From Monocercomonoides exilis PA203 (Eukaryota; Protista; Preaxostyla), in NCBI GenBank assembly GCA_001643675.2, contig LSRY02000010.1, positions 248,001 through 312,000 on the forward strand: a DNA stretch of 64,000 nt, read 5' to 3'. How positions within the stretch are numbered: the stretch's first letter is position 1; each line of letters opens with the position of its first letter. Under the pieces are notes generated by a model. The model did no database searches. It saw only the letters and a program-made list of their open reading frames with translations, and had not been told where the DNA came from. This document shows positions 1-11,784 of the stretch, in pieces. The translations under genes were made by a program, and so were the position numbers.

Positions 1-2
1 AC

Positions 3-2411
3 GAGGTCTCATTCGAGGGGATCAGGGCTGAGAGCACATTGGTTGTTGTGGAAAAGATGAGTGGAAAGGTGTTGGCAGACAACGAAGGCAGCGATGAGAT
101 GTCTTTGTCATTGATCCAGTTCAGCAACATTTCTGTTCAGTCAGATGTGCCGGCTGCTGTTTCTTTGATTTCTCTGGAGAATCCTGTTGTCATGCAAAAC
201 TGCTCGTTTGTTGGCTGCCAGTCGCATGCTGAAAGAGGAAGTGCTGGATCGATATTGCGCTGCTCGGCAGCTCGGGTGTGCACATGCATGTTTGATGGCA
301 GCACCAGTGGCTCTTCTTCATCACTTTCCAGCTCAGGTGCAGCTGGTGGAGCGGAGGAGCTGTGCAGCTGGAATGGATCAGTTGTGGATGCAGAACAGAG
401 CGAGGTGGCGATGGCAGACACCACCATTGCAAACTCGGCTGAGGGTGGACTGAGTGTGTCGGGGGGTTGTGTGAGTGCAGAGGCTGCCAACTTCACAGGC
501 AATGCACCCTCGATCCCGAACTACCAGTCAGCCAGAAGAAACGTGCTGTGCAAGGCAAACGGGAAGCTGGTGCTGGTGAGTGTGAAGGGAGGAGATGGAA
601 TGCTGCCAGACTCGTCACTGTGGATTGCCAACGAAGGGTGCGAGCTGGGGGGTTTGGCAAGTGACCGGGCATCTCCATTGTTCATCCCGCAGCTGACGAA
701 CGTGACCATGGCACAGACAGGCACAGCCACACAGCTTGTGTTTTGGGGGGTGCTTCTCCTGCCCTGCAACCTCTTGTTCAAGGTTGTCACAGCACTTGGC
801 GATGAGGAGGCAGTCGAGAAATACGAATTCCCCGAGAGCGGGTTTGTCTCAGAGACAGAAGCTCATGGCGTTATTCCCTCGTCAATACTCGAAGGCTCGC
901 CAGATGAGGCAGAAGTCACTGTTTCGATTCTGTTTGGACCGATCCGCTCGGCATCCACTTCTTCTGTGGTGTTGAAGAACAGAAGCAAAAGCCAGACAAG
1001 TGGAGATGGAATCGTTGTTGAAGGAGGAAAAGAAGGAAAATCATGGGCCTTAATAATTGCAGTTATATTTGTTATTTTGTTCTTACTAGTTCTTGTTGTG
1101 TCTATTATCCTGGCTGTTCGATGGAAGAAGCAAAAGAGAAGAACAGAAGAATTGGAGATAATTGTGGAAGACAACATCAGAAAGGATCCGAAGGCATTTG
1201 AGATGGTGACGATGGAGATGTCTCCAGAGGCACAATGGAGGAGGGCAGAAAGAGAGGCTGAGAAGAAGAATGAAGAGAGGATAAAGAAGAGGGTGTATGA
1301 GAAAAGCTTGGGACATTCAGAGTCATCAGAACATCTTCTATCTGAGAGTGGCTCGACAGAATACATACTGGGAAAGGACTCAGATAAGATTCCCGATTGG
1401 GCACTGGAAAAGGAGGAAGAGGAAGAGATAAGAAAGAGAACGCCATCTCCATCCATTTCATCCACTTCAACAACAGACACTTCAGACACAGATACCACAT
1501 TTGTTCGAACGGAGAGTCTGTGCCCCACCACCTCATCGATGTCGAATCTGGTGGATGCAATGGCATGTTCATCTCCTCATGAGAAGCTGATTGTGGATTT
1601 GAGAGATTCGCTGTTCATGTTGCTTCATGGGAGAAATGAGAAAAAAGAGATGGCGATTGGCACCCTTCAGGAGAGAGAAGTGACAGCTGCCCAAATCCTG
1701 TTCTGGGTGGCGAATGGAGCACTTCACTCATTTGACGAAATGGAAAACAAACTTCAATCGTTGGCTAATCTGAGTCCTCACATTGTTTTGTTCTCAGAAC
1801 ACATGGTTATCTGCATTGCCATGCACTCTGAATGTTCTTCTTCAGATTCAGATTCATCTTCGATTTCATCATCCACGATTGTGACATCTTCGTCTGATGG
1901 CTCAAGAAGGAGCAAGAGATACACACGCTCTCCCCCACCTTCATCAGCGTTTGAGGATGATGAAGACAACAGAAATGAGTGTTTGCGATGGAAGGCGCCG
2001 GAGCTGATGAACGGGGCAAAGAAGCATGCCACAAAGAAGACAGTTGTGTTCTCGATTGGGATGATGCTGTGGGAGTGTCTGACGCTCGATGTGCCATTTG
2101 GGGAGTATGAGGCAGTGATTGCGGGGAAGAAGATCGCGAGCGGGGAGAGGCCGAATCTGAAGCTGGTGAGAGGATCAGACTTTGCGGAGTTTGTGGAGGC
2201 GCTGCTGTGGTACGACTGGCAGAAACGGCCATCGCTGGAGGGGGTGAAGAGAGAGCTGCTGGGCCGCATGCCAGCAGGCGCTGTGATGTTCACAGCATCA
2301 GACGCAATAAGCCTGGAGGAGTCGGCAAGCGAGGAGAAAAGGAGCACAGTCGAGATCAGCTCGCGCGCTCGCGAGGAGGCCCAGCGGCTGTTGAAGGAGC
2401 TGACTGCTTGA
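3..2411 (+). CDS. Single-pass membrane protein with C-terminal kinase-like (TKL-type pseudokinase) domain; 5' end outside window
   Basis: Frame is open from position 3. Cys/Gly-rich beta-helix-like ectodomain tail; TM helix WALIIAVIFVILFLLVLVVSIILAV followed by RWKKQKRR; kinase C-lobe motifs RWKAPE, VFSIGMMLWECLT..VPF and RP; no HRD/DFG seen. Confidence 0.8.
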   Translation, partial: EVSFEGIRAESTLVVVEKMSGKVLADNEGSDEMSLSLIQFSNISVQSDVPAAVSLISLENPVVMQNCSFVGCQSHAERGSAGSILRCSAARVCTCMFDGSTSGSSSSLSSSGAAGGAEELCSWNGSVVDAEQSEVAMADTTIANSAEGGLSVSGGCVSAEAANFTGNAPSIPNYQSARRNVLCKANGKLVLVSVKGGDGMLPDSSLWIANEGCELGGLASDRASPLFIPQLTNVTMAQTGTATQLVFWGVLLLPCNLLFKVVTALGDEEAVEKYEFPESGFVSETEAHGVIPSSILEGSPDEAEVTVSILFGPIRSASTSSVVLKNRSKSQTSGDGIVVEGGKEGKSWALIIAVIFVILFLLVLVVSIILAVRWKKQKRRTEELEIIVEDNIRKDPKAFEMVTMEMSPEAQWRRAEREAEKKNEERIKKRVYEKSLGHSESSEHLLSESGSTEYILGKDSDKIPDWALEKEEEEEIRKRTPSPSISSTSTTDTSDTDTTFVRTESLCPTTSSMSNLVDAMACSSPHEKLIVDLRDSLFMLLHGRNEKKEMAIGTLQEREVTAAQILFWVANGALHSFDEMENKLQSLANLSPHIVLFSEHMVICIAMHSECSSSDSDSSSISSSTIVTSSSDGSRRSKRYTRSPPPSSAFEDDEDNRNECLRWKAPELMNGAKKHATKKTVVFSIGMMLWECLTLDVPFGEYEAVIAGKKIASGERPNLKLVRGSDFAEFVEALLWYDWQKRPSLEGVKRELLGRMPAGAVMFTASDAISLEESASEEKRSTVEISSRAREEAQRLLKELTA

Positions 2412-3540
2412 GTTTGCGTTCCATTGCAAAAACTGTTGTGCATCCAACAGCCCAGAAATATCAGAGGAGAACTGAATGTTATTTTCAAAAAAAATCAGAA
2501 AAAGGAAAATATGTTTTTTGAGAAGAATGATAACAAAAATGGAGAATGGAATTCAATCAGAGGGGAAAATGGAAAATGTGCAAAAGAAAGAAAAGAGAAA
2601 GAGAAACAAACTGTGAAAACTGTTCAAAGGACATTTGTTGATTTATTTTGTTTTATTGTTGGTGTTGGCATTTCGTTTGTTTGTTTTTGTCTTATTTCAA
2701 ACAGATTCAAAGCAAAACAGTTGATTCTGAGAGATTCTTAGTGTTGGTTTTTGCTCCTTTCTCTGTCAACGACAGCTTCAAAAAAATAGAAAAAGAAATA
2801 CTGCACAGAAACGCTTTTCGCCAAGTGCTTGCCAATCAACATCTTTCAGAGAATCTTCTGAGGTGATTTGAATGTTTTGTGGGAAACAAACAAAAATGGA
2901 GACAAAAAATCAAATGTGAAATTGTGTGAGAGAGAATGATCTTCTGAATGAAATAAAAAAACATGAAAGCACAACAGATGAATTGTGCATTGACAAACGA
3001 TTCAAAAAACATGAAGAACAAGGGTGTTGAACAAAAGGAGGAAAAAAAAGAAAGAAATAGAAGAATGAATGAAAAAGAATGAAAGAAACCATGTAATTCA
3101 TTGCTTGCGCTTCTCTTTGATTAATTATTTATGATCTATTTCATTCATAAAAAGACCTGCTCGTAGAATCACGTGAAAGCGTTTATTCACGTTTAAAAGC
3201 ATTCATTCCAAATTATCAAGGTAAATTGCAGAAATATTCCCAACACAAAAAGCAAATTGATATGCAGATTAACATTTAATAAGGATTAATGTTCACATCA
3301 AAGGAGTTTGTGGGGGAAAAAAGAAAAAGAGAGAGAATACTGATAAATATTTAGTTTCATGGATTGAGATTTTTTATTTATTTATTTATTTATTAAAAGC
3401 TCGAACAAAAACAATCTTCATAATTGGACAAGTTGTTTGTATTGAAAGAATCCATTTACTCTTGAATTTATTCATTTGTGATCAGAAAATAATTTTGATT
3501 CAACTATTGTCGTTGAACACAATCAAGCGCAAGATAAATT

Positions 3541-5742
3541 CGAATCGAAAGATCTCCGGCCTCGACTGAATATATAGAAACACCAAGTCTGAGATGGGTT
3601 TACGATTTTTTATCAAGGCAAAAACAATTGCGCATGATAAATCCAGTTCGACTTGATCATGCACGCTTGAGAGCATCGTTAAAAGCAAATATACAGTCTT
3701 TTCTTTCTCATTTGCGAACTTTGATGCTGAAGAAAAAATATCATCCTTCGTTAATATTACTATTGGACGAAACAAGTTGTCAGTCCAATGGTCGTCATCA
3801 TAATAAAAGAATTGCAAATGAGAAATGCAAATACTTGCCATGCTTGGAAACACCTCCTCTTCGTCATTTAACTCTTTTATTTATTGTGAGAGCTGATGGA
3901 TATCATCTCCCCACTCATCTCCTTTTAAGTTCAAAATATGAAAAAGAAATATACGAACAATGGAATGACGAATCGTTCGTATTGCATTCAACTCAAAAAG
4001 GATGGATGACAAAAGAGCTATTTGAAAAAATAATGTTAGAACATGTTCTTCCTTTCATTCAAAAGCAAAGAAAAGTTGTTGAAAGAATTCAACAACATCA
4101 ATATGAAATATGTCAAAAAAAATCTTGTGAATTGAAAACGAAAGAAAGAAGGTTAGAAAAATGCGATCAGAAAATGAAAAAGAATGAAACAAGTGAAAAA
4201 ACAACTCAACGAATTTTTCAAGATGAGGACGATCATGAATCAATATTTTTCCATTCATCAGCTGGATCAGAAGAATTTCCAATGGATAACTCAGATTCAC
4301 CGACAAAATCCCAGCGATCCAAAGATCAGTGCGATAATGAAAATAGTCACAAGGAATCCATTTGTATTGACAAACTGGAACTTTCAGATACAATGTCTTC
4401 AGAAGGAGATCGAATTCAAGTGTTGCAGCAACTGCACCAATCCGCATCTGGCCGTTCAAAAGAATCTTCAGAGTGTGGAAATTCTTTTCGAAACAAAAAA
4501 AGTTTTCAAATACCATCAAATGGATTTCTTAAAGTTGATGTTGATGAAATTTCTAACTTTCGTGATGAAACTTATTTAAGTTCTTCTGATGAAAGAATGT
4601 TTCTAATTGAAGAAGATGATAATAGAGATTGGTGGATAAAGAATGACACTCAGATGCAAAAAGTAAACTTTACGAAAAAAGAAATTACTCAATACGAAAA
4701 AATATCCGAAGAAAAAATAAGCAATTCATCACCCTCTGCTTTAATAATTCTTGACGGACACTCTTCAAGACAAAATATCCAGCTGTGGAAAAAGTTTTCT
4801 GAAGAAAACGTGGATGTCGTTGTGCTGCCAGCACACACATCTCATATCCTTCAGCCACTTGATCTCGGACCTAATGCAGCACTAAAAAAGCAATTGAAAA
4901 ATGTTCGAAATGAATCAAGTGTGAGAAAAATGAAAACAGAATTTTTGCCTTTTGTCCAAGCAATCGCAGATTGCTCTTATTATGCGATGGCACCAAGAGT
5001 TATAAGGCATGGGTTTTACGAAGCTGGAATAACGTCTTCTCAAATATCTCACGTTCTGAGGCGCACTTTGGATTCCTTGCCTTTCGGTGTGAAACCGGCG
5101 AGACAGACAAACCGATGGTCCATCTCTGGTAAACTAATCACATCAAATGCAGTTCTAAAGGAATGGCAAGCCTTTGAAGAGAAAAAGTCTATTTATGATG
5201 ATGAAAGAGTTGAGAATATTCATAAAACAAATATTAAGCAAAAAACGATAAAAAATAAAAAGGAAAGACCTTCATCTTCAAAAATAACTTCTTCTGATTC
5301 CAAGCTTTCAAACCTTGCAACTTATGAGAATACTGGTTTCAATACTGACACTGACGATATCTCATGTTCAACAGATTTCGAATCAGATCCAACTGATTCA
5401 CAAGAAGGGGAAGAAAATATTTTGGTCGTTCGTGTTTTCAGAAGAAAAAGCAAACGGAAAAGATTTATTTTGTGCCGGTCAGATCATTTGGATAAAGCAG
5501 ATGGTCGAAAAAAAGTATCTGATTTGTCAAGTTCTTCTAATTATTCTGAAGAAGAATCTTCAGAAACTGATCATCATTCCGACAGATTAAACAAATTGAA
5601 AGAAAAGAAAAAAAGATATCTTGACAGCAGTGAATATATAAAAGAAGATCTTTCATCAAGCAACGAAGAAGTAGATTTGGATGAAAAAAAATTGTCCAAA
5701 AAACATTCCATGAGATCGGAAAAATGTTTGCCCAAAATATAA
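3541..5742 (+). mobile_element. pogo/Tc5-type (DDE_1) DD35D transposase with CENP-B-like HTH remnant
   Basis: Motifs LLDETS, TLLFIVRADG, KGWMT, LIILDGHSSR (D at 4753) and LPAHTSHILQPLD (D at 4861; 35 intervening residues). The frame extends upstream of the track ORF to include PSLRWVYDFLSR (HTH helix-3-like). TIRs not identified. Confidence 0.85.
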
Positions 5743-7218
5743 TCTGAGCATTATGTTCTTTTCACCGATTCTGATGAAAGTGAGTACAATCCAAAGAAAT
5801 GATTTGTGAGAAATGAACAATCAAAAAAAGTTGAAAAACATATCAAACCTTTTCAATCTCTTCATATCAGACAATAATTATTCAGGAAATCACTATGCAA
5901 TTTGATTGTCAAACATTTTGTTAATTGCGTTGTTTACAACAACAAGTTTCAATAATTCTTGATAAAGAATTAGGATAACTCTATTTTTATAAAAAAACAA
6001 GCATAAGCATTTTTAATGAAAAGAAACAATAATTTTCAGAAAAAAGAAAAAAAAAAACATTTTTGAAAAAAGATAAACAAAAGAAAAAAAACAATTTATT
6101 TCATTTTCAAATTTAAAAATGAATCGCATAATAGAAAAGGCACCAAAGTTCCAGACAAAGAAATTAAGTGATCAACAAACCTGCGAAAATAAAAATAAAC
6201 TTTTTTCATTTTAAAACTTGTCGGAATAAATATACTATCAATGGTCGTGCTATTGTCTATGAAAAGAACAAAATATTATTTTATTGATATCAAAATAAAA
6301 ATAAAACACAAAGAACAAACCACATAAAGGTGATTCTTCAAAGAATGCGAACTTGCGAACAGTTTTTAACAATACTTATCGATGAAAAAAAGTTAGAAAC
6401 TACATTTCCTGAATTCATAAAAAGTCTTTCATGGAAATTGGAACACATTGAGTTTTCAAATCATTTGAAATCGAAAATTTTGATTGAAATTGAACAAAAT
6501 GTAGAATTGAACATCCTCCGTGAAAATCTTTCAAATAATATATCTAGTTAACAAACCACTTAATAATTATTGAATTGTTTAACTATTTCTTCAAAGTTGA
6601 ATAATTTATTAAACATTGTTGGATTGGAAAAAATTTTATAATGGGTTTGGAACCCATTATTTTGATAGAAAACAATGTGATGATCGTTATTATGATAAAT
6701 CTGCAAATTCATTACCATTAAAAGTAATTATGCAATAATGGTATTCTTTTGTATTTCATCTATTTCATCTATTGACTTTTTTCATATTTTTTTCATTTTA
6801 ATAAGAAAATAACATAATTTTTTTTATTTTCCGATTTTTTTCATGTTATAGAAGTAATTTTCAATGTTTCGCCGTAAGAATTTATTTATATTTTCAGTTA
6901 ATTCTTTGGCATTTTATTATTTAAGAAAAGATTTCAATTTTTCTGTTTTTTTTCACATCACAAGATTGAAAGATGTCAAAGACAAAAATTTTTTAAAAGT
7001 TGAGTAATATTTGTTGCAAACAAAAAAAGAATGAAATCATAGAAAGATAACATCAAAATAAAAATGAGAAATGTCAAAATTTTTCTTAAACTGAAAATTG
7101 TACCAAAATAGTTAATTTTCAAGAATAAAAATGAATTTTTGAAATCGACATTGAGTTTTAACAAAAATTAACATCATTTGATCAATTTTCATCATCTTTT
7201 AAATTATTCAAGATGATA

Positions 7219-7256
7219 TGTGCGGGTTTTTGCAACTGTTCGGGTTTTCCACCATA
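7219..7256 (+). repeat. Solo degenerate copy of the MITE terminus at 26937-26978
   Basis: tgtgcgggtttttgca (7219-7234) is identical to 26937-26952 and is followed, as there, by a second cgggttt and caccata. Confidence 0.55.
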
Positions 7257-7739
7257 CTATTATGTATTTAAAATTTCATTTTTTACAAAAATTGACATAC
7301 GAAATAGAAAACGATTTCTCAACAACCAAGTTGGATTTTATCAAATGGATAACCTAATAATATTTGTTGGAAAAAACAAAAAAGAGAGAGAGAATACATA
7401 AAATTTCATAATGACTGAAAGAATGTTATTTCTGTTCAACTTTGTCATTTTTAATTTTTCATTTTCTATGATCATTTTGAATATCAGCAAATCATAATAA
7501 AGGAAAAGAAAAGAAAGTAAATGAACAAAACATACACAGAAGCCGAAGCAGCGATGATCATTTTATTGAATAAAAATAAACAGGCAAGGCGAATATTGAC
7601 AGATGATAGAAAACACAGAAAAGGAAAATTTAAAATATATGAAAGAATCAAACGCAAATAGAAATTCCAATTTGAGTCGGAACCGATCGTTGAAAGATGA
7701 TGAATTGATGTGATGTTTTACGAACTGAATTTATTTTTT

Positions 7740-8500
7740 TCAAATTCCTCAATGTTTGACAGATATCATGGAAGATGAAAAAAGTTCATCCAAACTTGCC
7801 AATTGTTGATTGCAACAACACAAAAGTATTGCCTGAGTATGGTTCAAAAAGGAAGCTGTTCCCTTCATTCCAAAGAAATTGATATTTAATTGGATTCCTT
7901 TCTTTCCTCCAAAACTCCATTCTTCCTTTCATGTGTAGAGAAATAACCTTGCTGGAGTGTATCTCACGGAAAATCTATCTTCCTCCTTCTTCTCCAAATC
8001 TCATTTCAGCTGAAATGAAAACTGCCTTGAACAACAAGATTGCTTATTATTTCCAATCAAATGAATAAATTTCCTTTTGATGTTTCACTCCCACCAAACT
8101 TGAAAAACTCCATCATTTCTATTAGAACTGGACTTTATTCCTTTTCTTCATAGCACAAGATTATTTTGCAAATGAAGCATTGGACCTTGATCTTCTGTCA
8201 CTCAACAAGCATGTTCCCCATGTTCAAGAACTTTTCTTTTCATTTCTTTTGTTCAGACGATTTGTGATGATTTTCTAAATTTCTTTTCTTTTCTTCTTTC
8301 ACAATCCAATGATCCATTGACAAACGAGCTCAAAATGACACAGTCCACAAAATATGTCAAATCTTCAACAACCATCTGTTCTTGTTTTCAGACTCATTCT
8401 TCTCCACAAAAACTACTAAAAACATCTTCCGTTCGCTCATTCAATTTGCCAGATTTCTTTTCCTCTTTGCTAAAGGATTTGCTATTAATTCCGTTGACAA
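7740..8500 (-). pseudogene. Heavily decayed coding remnant, possibly the N-terminus of a surface-protein family member
   Basis: Coding-like composition on the minus strand with many stops (e.g. FSSLVG, FISAEM fragments); no long ORF. Confidence 0.25.
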
Positions 8501-8790
8501 AAAGATGTGATTCAAAAATTTTATTATCGATTTAAAAAATATCATTCTTCAAATAATATGTTGGTTTTGATCAAAAAGAAACATAAAATTTTCATTTCTG
8601 GACTTAGACGGTCAATCCTTGCGGCTTCTTCGCGATATCTTTAACATTTCTTTTTTTAAAGCAAAAACAGAACAGTTTGTGTTGCGATCATTTTAGTACT
8701 GCAATATAATCAACGATGTTTGTATTTATCTTTTATTTTGTTATTTGCCAGCTTTGCCCCACTTTTTGAATATTTTTTGCAACAAACAGA

Positions 8791-10190
8791 ATGAGCTTGC
8801 CAAATGATATATCTGAAAATGAACTTTTGACCACAGCCAGAACCAAGAAGTTTTCAAGTTTGTTCTTTTATTTGGATTGAACAATTTTGAAAAAGAATTT
8901 GTTTTTTTGAATGTTTTTTGAAGAATTGTTTCGTGAACTGGAGCGTTGCAGAGAAGATAAACAAAAACGGAAAATTGAGGAATTGAACAGATTAATTGAT
9001 GAAATGAATGAAATAGAATTTAGATCAATTTTCACAGAAGAACTATTTAATAAAATTCACCAAATGATTGAAGAAAAGAAAATGCGAATGGAAATTGCCA
9101 TTATCCTGATAAAACATGTTGGATATTGCAAAGCATTGAAAAGATTTTCTCTTTTTTCTTTTGATAATTCATTGCTGCGTGAAAGAATGAGAGAGATGAT
9201 GATTGATGAAAATGAGAAGAAAAAGGAAATAAACGAAAAAATTCTTACAGATCTCTGCGAATGCTATTTGTTGTTGAACAGATGGTTTTCATCTGAAATG
9301 GATTCAATTTGCGTGCCTTGCCTTCTGAAAGAAACCGGGAAGAAAGAAGAAAATGAGGTAATTCAAAAAGAAGTGGAAATGGTGTTACTGGCTTTGAGTT
9401 GCACCTATAAATATGATGTATGTTCGCTTCTATTTCCTTTTTGATGCTTTTGAAATATTTTTTTAATTCTGATTAGAATGTGTCAAAAGAACTGTATTTG
9501 AATGAGATCAAAACGATCATCGAATATCATCAGGAGCATCACAACCTTACCCGACTTGCCTATCAATCAGCTTGGAGGTTTTTGATAAACAGATATTATT
9601 ATGAAAATGAGAAAGATGTGATTATAAATGAACTGCATTTTAAAAGAGAGGTTGCAGGAGAATTAGAAGATCTTTTGAAGTGTATGGATTGGAAAAGAAA
9701 AGTTAAAGGAAGAAAAGAAATGTTTATAATAAGGAGATGGTTCGATGTTATTCATAATTTCTTTTCCTCATGCACATTGTGGAACGAAGAACTTGCTGGA
9801 CTCCTCGGAAGCCTCGTGAAATTATTTCGAACATCAAGGGACAGTCACAAAGATACAAGCTATGGATGCCTCGATTCACTTAGATATGCATCAGAAAAGA
9901 GAAATGTGAAAATTGTTGACTTGTTGAAAAGTGGAGCTATTGGTCTCTATTTGGAGGAAATGAAGCAATCAACTTTGGATGAAAAAATTATATGGTATTG
10001 TTTTTATTTCTTTTTGAATGTTTCAAAAAAATTTGATGAAAAGAAGGTTGATGAAATTGAAGAAGAAGAAAGAAAAGAAATGAAAAGAAAGACATTTGAA
10101 AGGATGGAAGAAGAAGGATTTGAAGATTGCATTGTGAGTTTTCACGAAAAGTTTTTTTCAATAGAAAATATTATAATGGTTCATCTTTGA
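8791..10190 (+). CDS. Lineage-specific expanded-family helical protein, three exons
   Basis: ATG at 8791. GT-AG introns 8858-8923 (joins TKKFS-K-LFRELE) and 9418-9476 (joins KYD-NVSKELYLNEIK) both preserve frame and merge track ORFs 8911 and 9480. Possible frameshift near 10150. Confidence 0.75.
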
Positions 10191-10310
10191 ATATTTTTGA
10201 TTATTTTGTGAATATTTGAGAAAATGAAACTCACTTTGTTAACAAATATTTTTATTTATTTGTTTTATACCTCTGTGGCATGGCAAGTTGTGGAATTATT
10301 TGCCTATCAC

Positions 10311-10449
10311 AAAAAAATAAAAATAAAAATAAAAATAAAAATAAAAATAAAAATAAAAATAAAAAAAAAAAAAAAAGAAAAAGAAAAAAGAAAAAAGAAA
10401 AGAAAAAGAAAAAAAAGAAAAAGAAAAAGAAAAGAAAGAAAGAAAAATA
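10311..10449 (+). repeat. (TAAAAA)n / (GAAAA)n A-rich simple repeat
   Basis: Direct reading of the sequence. Confidence 0.95.
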
Positions 10450-10535
10450 AACTAATTAATTAATTAAAATGAAAACAAAATAGTACGAATAATAGAAAAA
10501 ACTTTTAAAAACTTTAAAAAGAGCTTTGGAAAATT

Positions 10536-10880
10536 TTGTTGATCGCATATGAAATTTCTGATATTTTTTTGTCAGTGACGATCACTGACAAACTGAAGAT
10601 GTATGGTCCCATTAGTTCAACAACTCCAATGAAAAATACATATGGCACGACCATTATTATCCGTAGTAATCAACAGATAATCAAAAACCTACCAGACAAC
10701 TTTAATGTAATAATCTCAGGATATGCAGTACTAAAAGCAAGTGCAGACAAGATGTGCAAGATTGTCCCAATATTTGGTTATTTCGTGGATATGACCAGAG
10801 AAGGCTGTAGTAATCGTTTGCTCGTTTGGCCAGGTGAAACTGTAGAAAGTGGTGAAACAGGGGGTTATACAGCTTGGTGA
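10536..10880 (+). pseudogene. C-terminal fragment of an unknown element gene (beta-strand-rich, possibly structural)
   Basis: Coding-like sequence starts abruptly at ~10570 after AT-rich DNA and lies just upstream of the fibre gene. The track start is a TTG in host-like DNA. Confidence 0.4.
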
Positions 10881-10941
10881 TATCTCTAGGCGGAATACTT
10901 CAGACAAGAACACCAACATGTTTATTTTTTTTCAAACTTAA

Positions 10942-11784
10942 ATGACAAATGTTTTGAACGCGAAACTTGCGTTAATGTTAATGCAGAAAATACAGTATCA
11001 ACAAATCGCAAATGAAGTGAACGAAGTGAAAGAAGTTGTCGAAAATGTTAGTGGTGAGTCAATAGAACACATCAGAAACTTATCACAAATTAACTCAAAA
11101 ATAACCGGGCTGGAGAGTGATATAACTGAAATGAATGCAAAACTTGGGTAAAAAGCGAGAGTTTTCAACACTTACGAAGACATGAGTGAGTGGCTGAGTG
11201 TTCAAGATAATGTGAATACTTTGCAAATAGGTCAAACATTCTATATTGTTCTGAAAGATGTTCCTGATTATTGGTTTGATGGAACACAATTTTTGGAGAT
11301 AGAAACTGAGATAATAACACTCGAAGATTATTACAACAAAACGAATGTTGATGCAATGGTGGAAGCTGCTGTTAATGCTTTGTTCAACAAGATTTACCCA
11401 GTTAATTGTGTTATTATGAGATACAGTGCTGACGATCCAAACACACAATACACTGGTACAACATGGACAAAATTGACCACTGGCAGATATGTTAAGTTAG
11501 GCGTAATTGCTGGAGAAACTGGTGGTTCAGCCACAATGACAAGTTCATCGACAAAATTGACTGTTGATCAAATGCCTTCACATTCTCATTCGTTAATACT
11601 TTTCTAACAAGGTGGATCCAATCATAATGGATATTCTCTTGGCGGACACTTTTCAGAAAACAATAACGGTGTAATGTGTGGGGAAGGAAGCACCAACGAA
11701 GTGGGAGGTGTTCAAGGTCATGCTCATACTGTGTCAGTGACTCCATCATATCTCACAATTGAATTTTGGCGTCGAACTGCCTAA
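10942..11784 (+). pseudogene. Phage baseplate/tail-fibre-like protein (T4 gp10 C-terminal-like domain), two in-frame TAA stops
   Basis: ORFs 10942 and 11182 plus 11608-11784 are one frame with TAA at 11149 and 11605. Coiled coil, then VPDYWFDG, then IYPVN..DPN..GTTW..GRY..GETGGS..LTVDQMPSHSH..GHAH..PSYLTIEFWRRTA-stop. Confidence 0.75.

Noticed and set aside
6638-6660. 10-bp perfect hairpin ataatgggtt-tgg-aacccattat
   Set aside because: Short, isolated and compatible with chance in AT-rich DNA.
10224-10463. Lys/Ile-rich ORF, and the Phe-rich ORFs at 25547-25850
   Set aside because: Translations of simple-sequence repeats.
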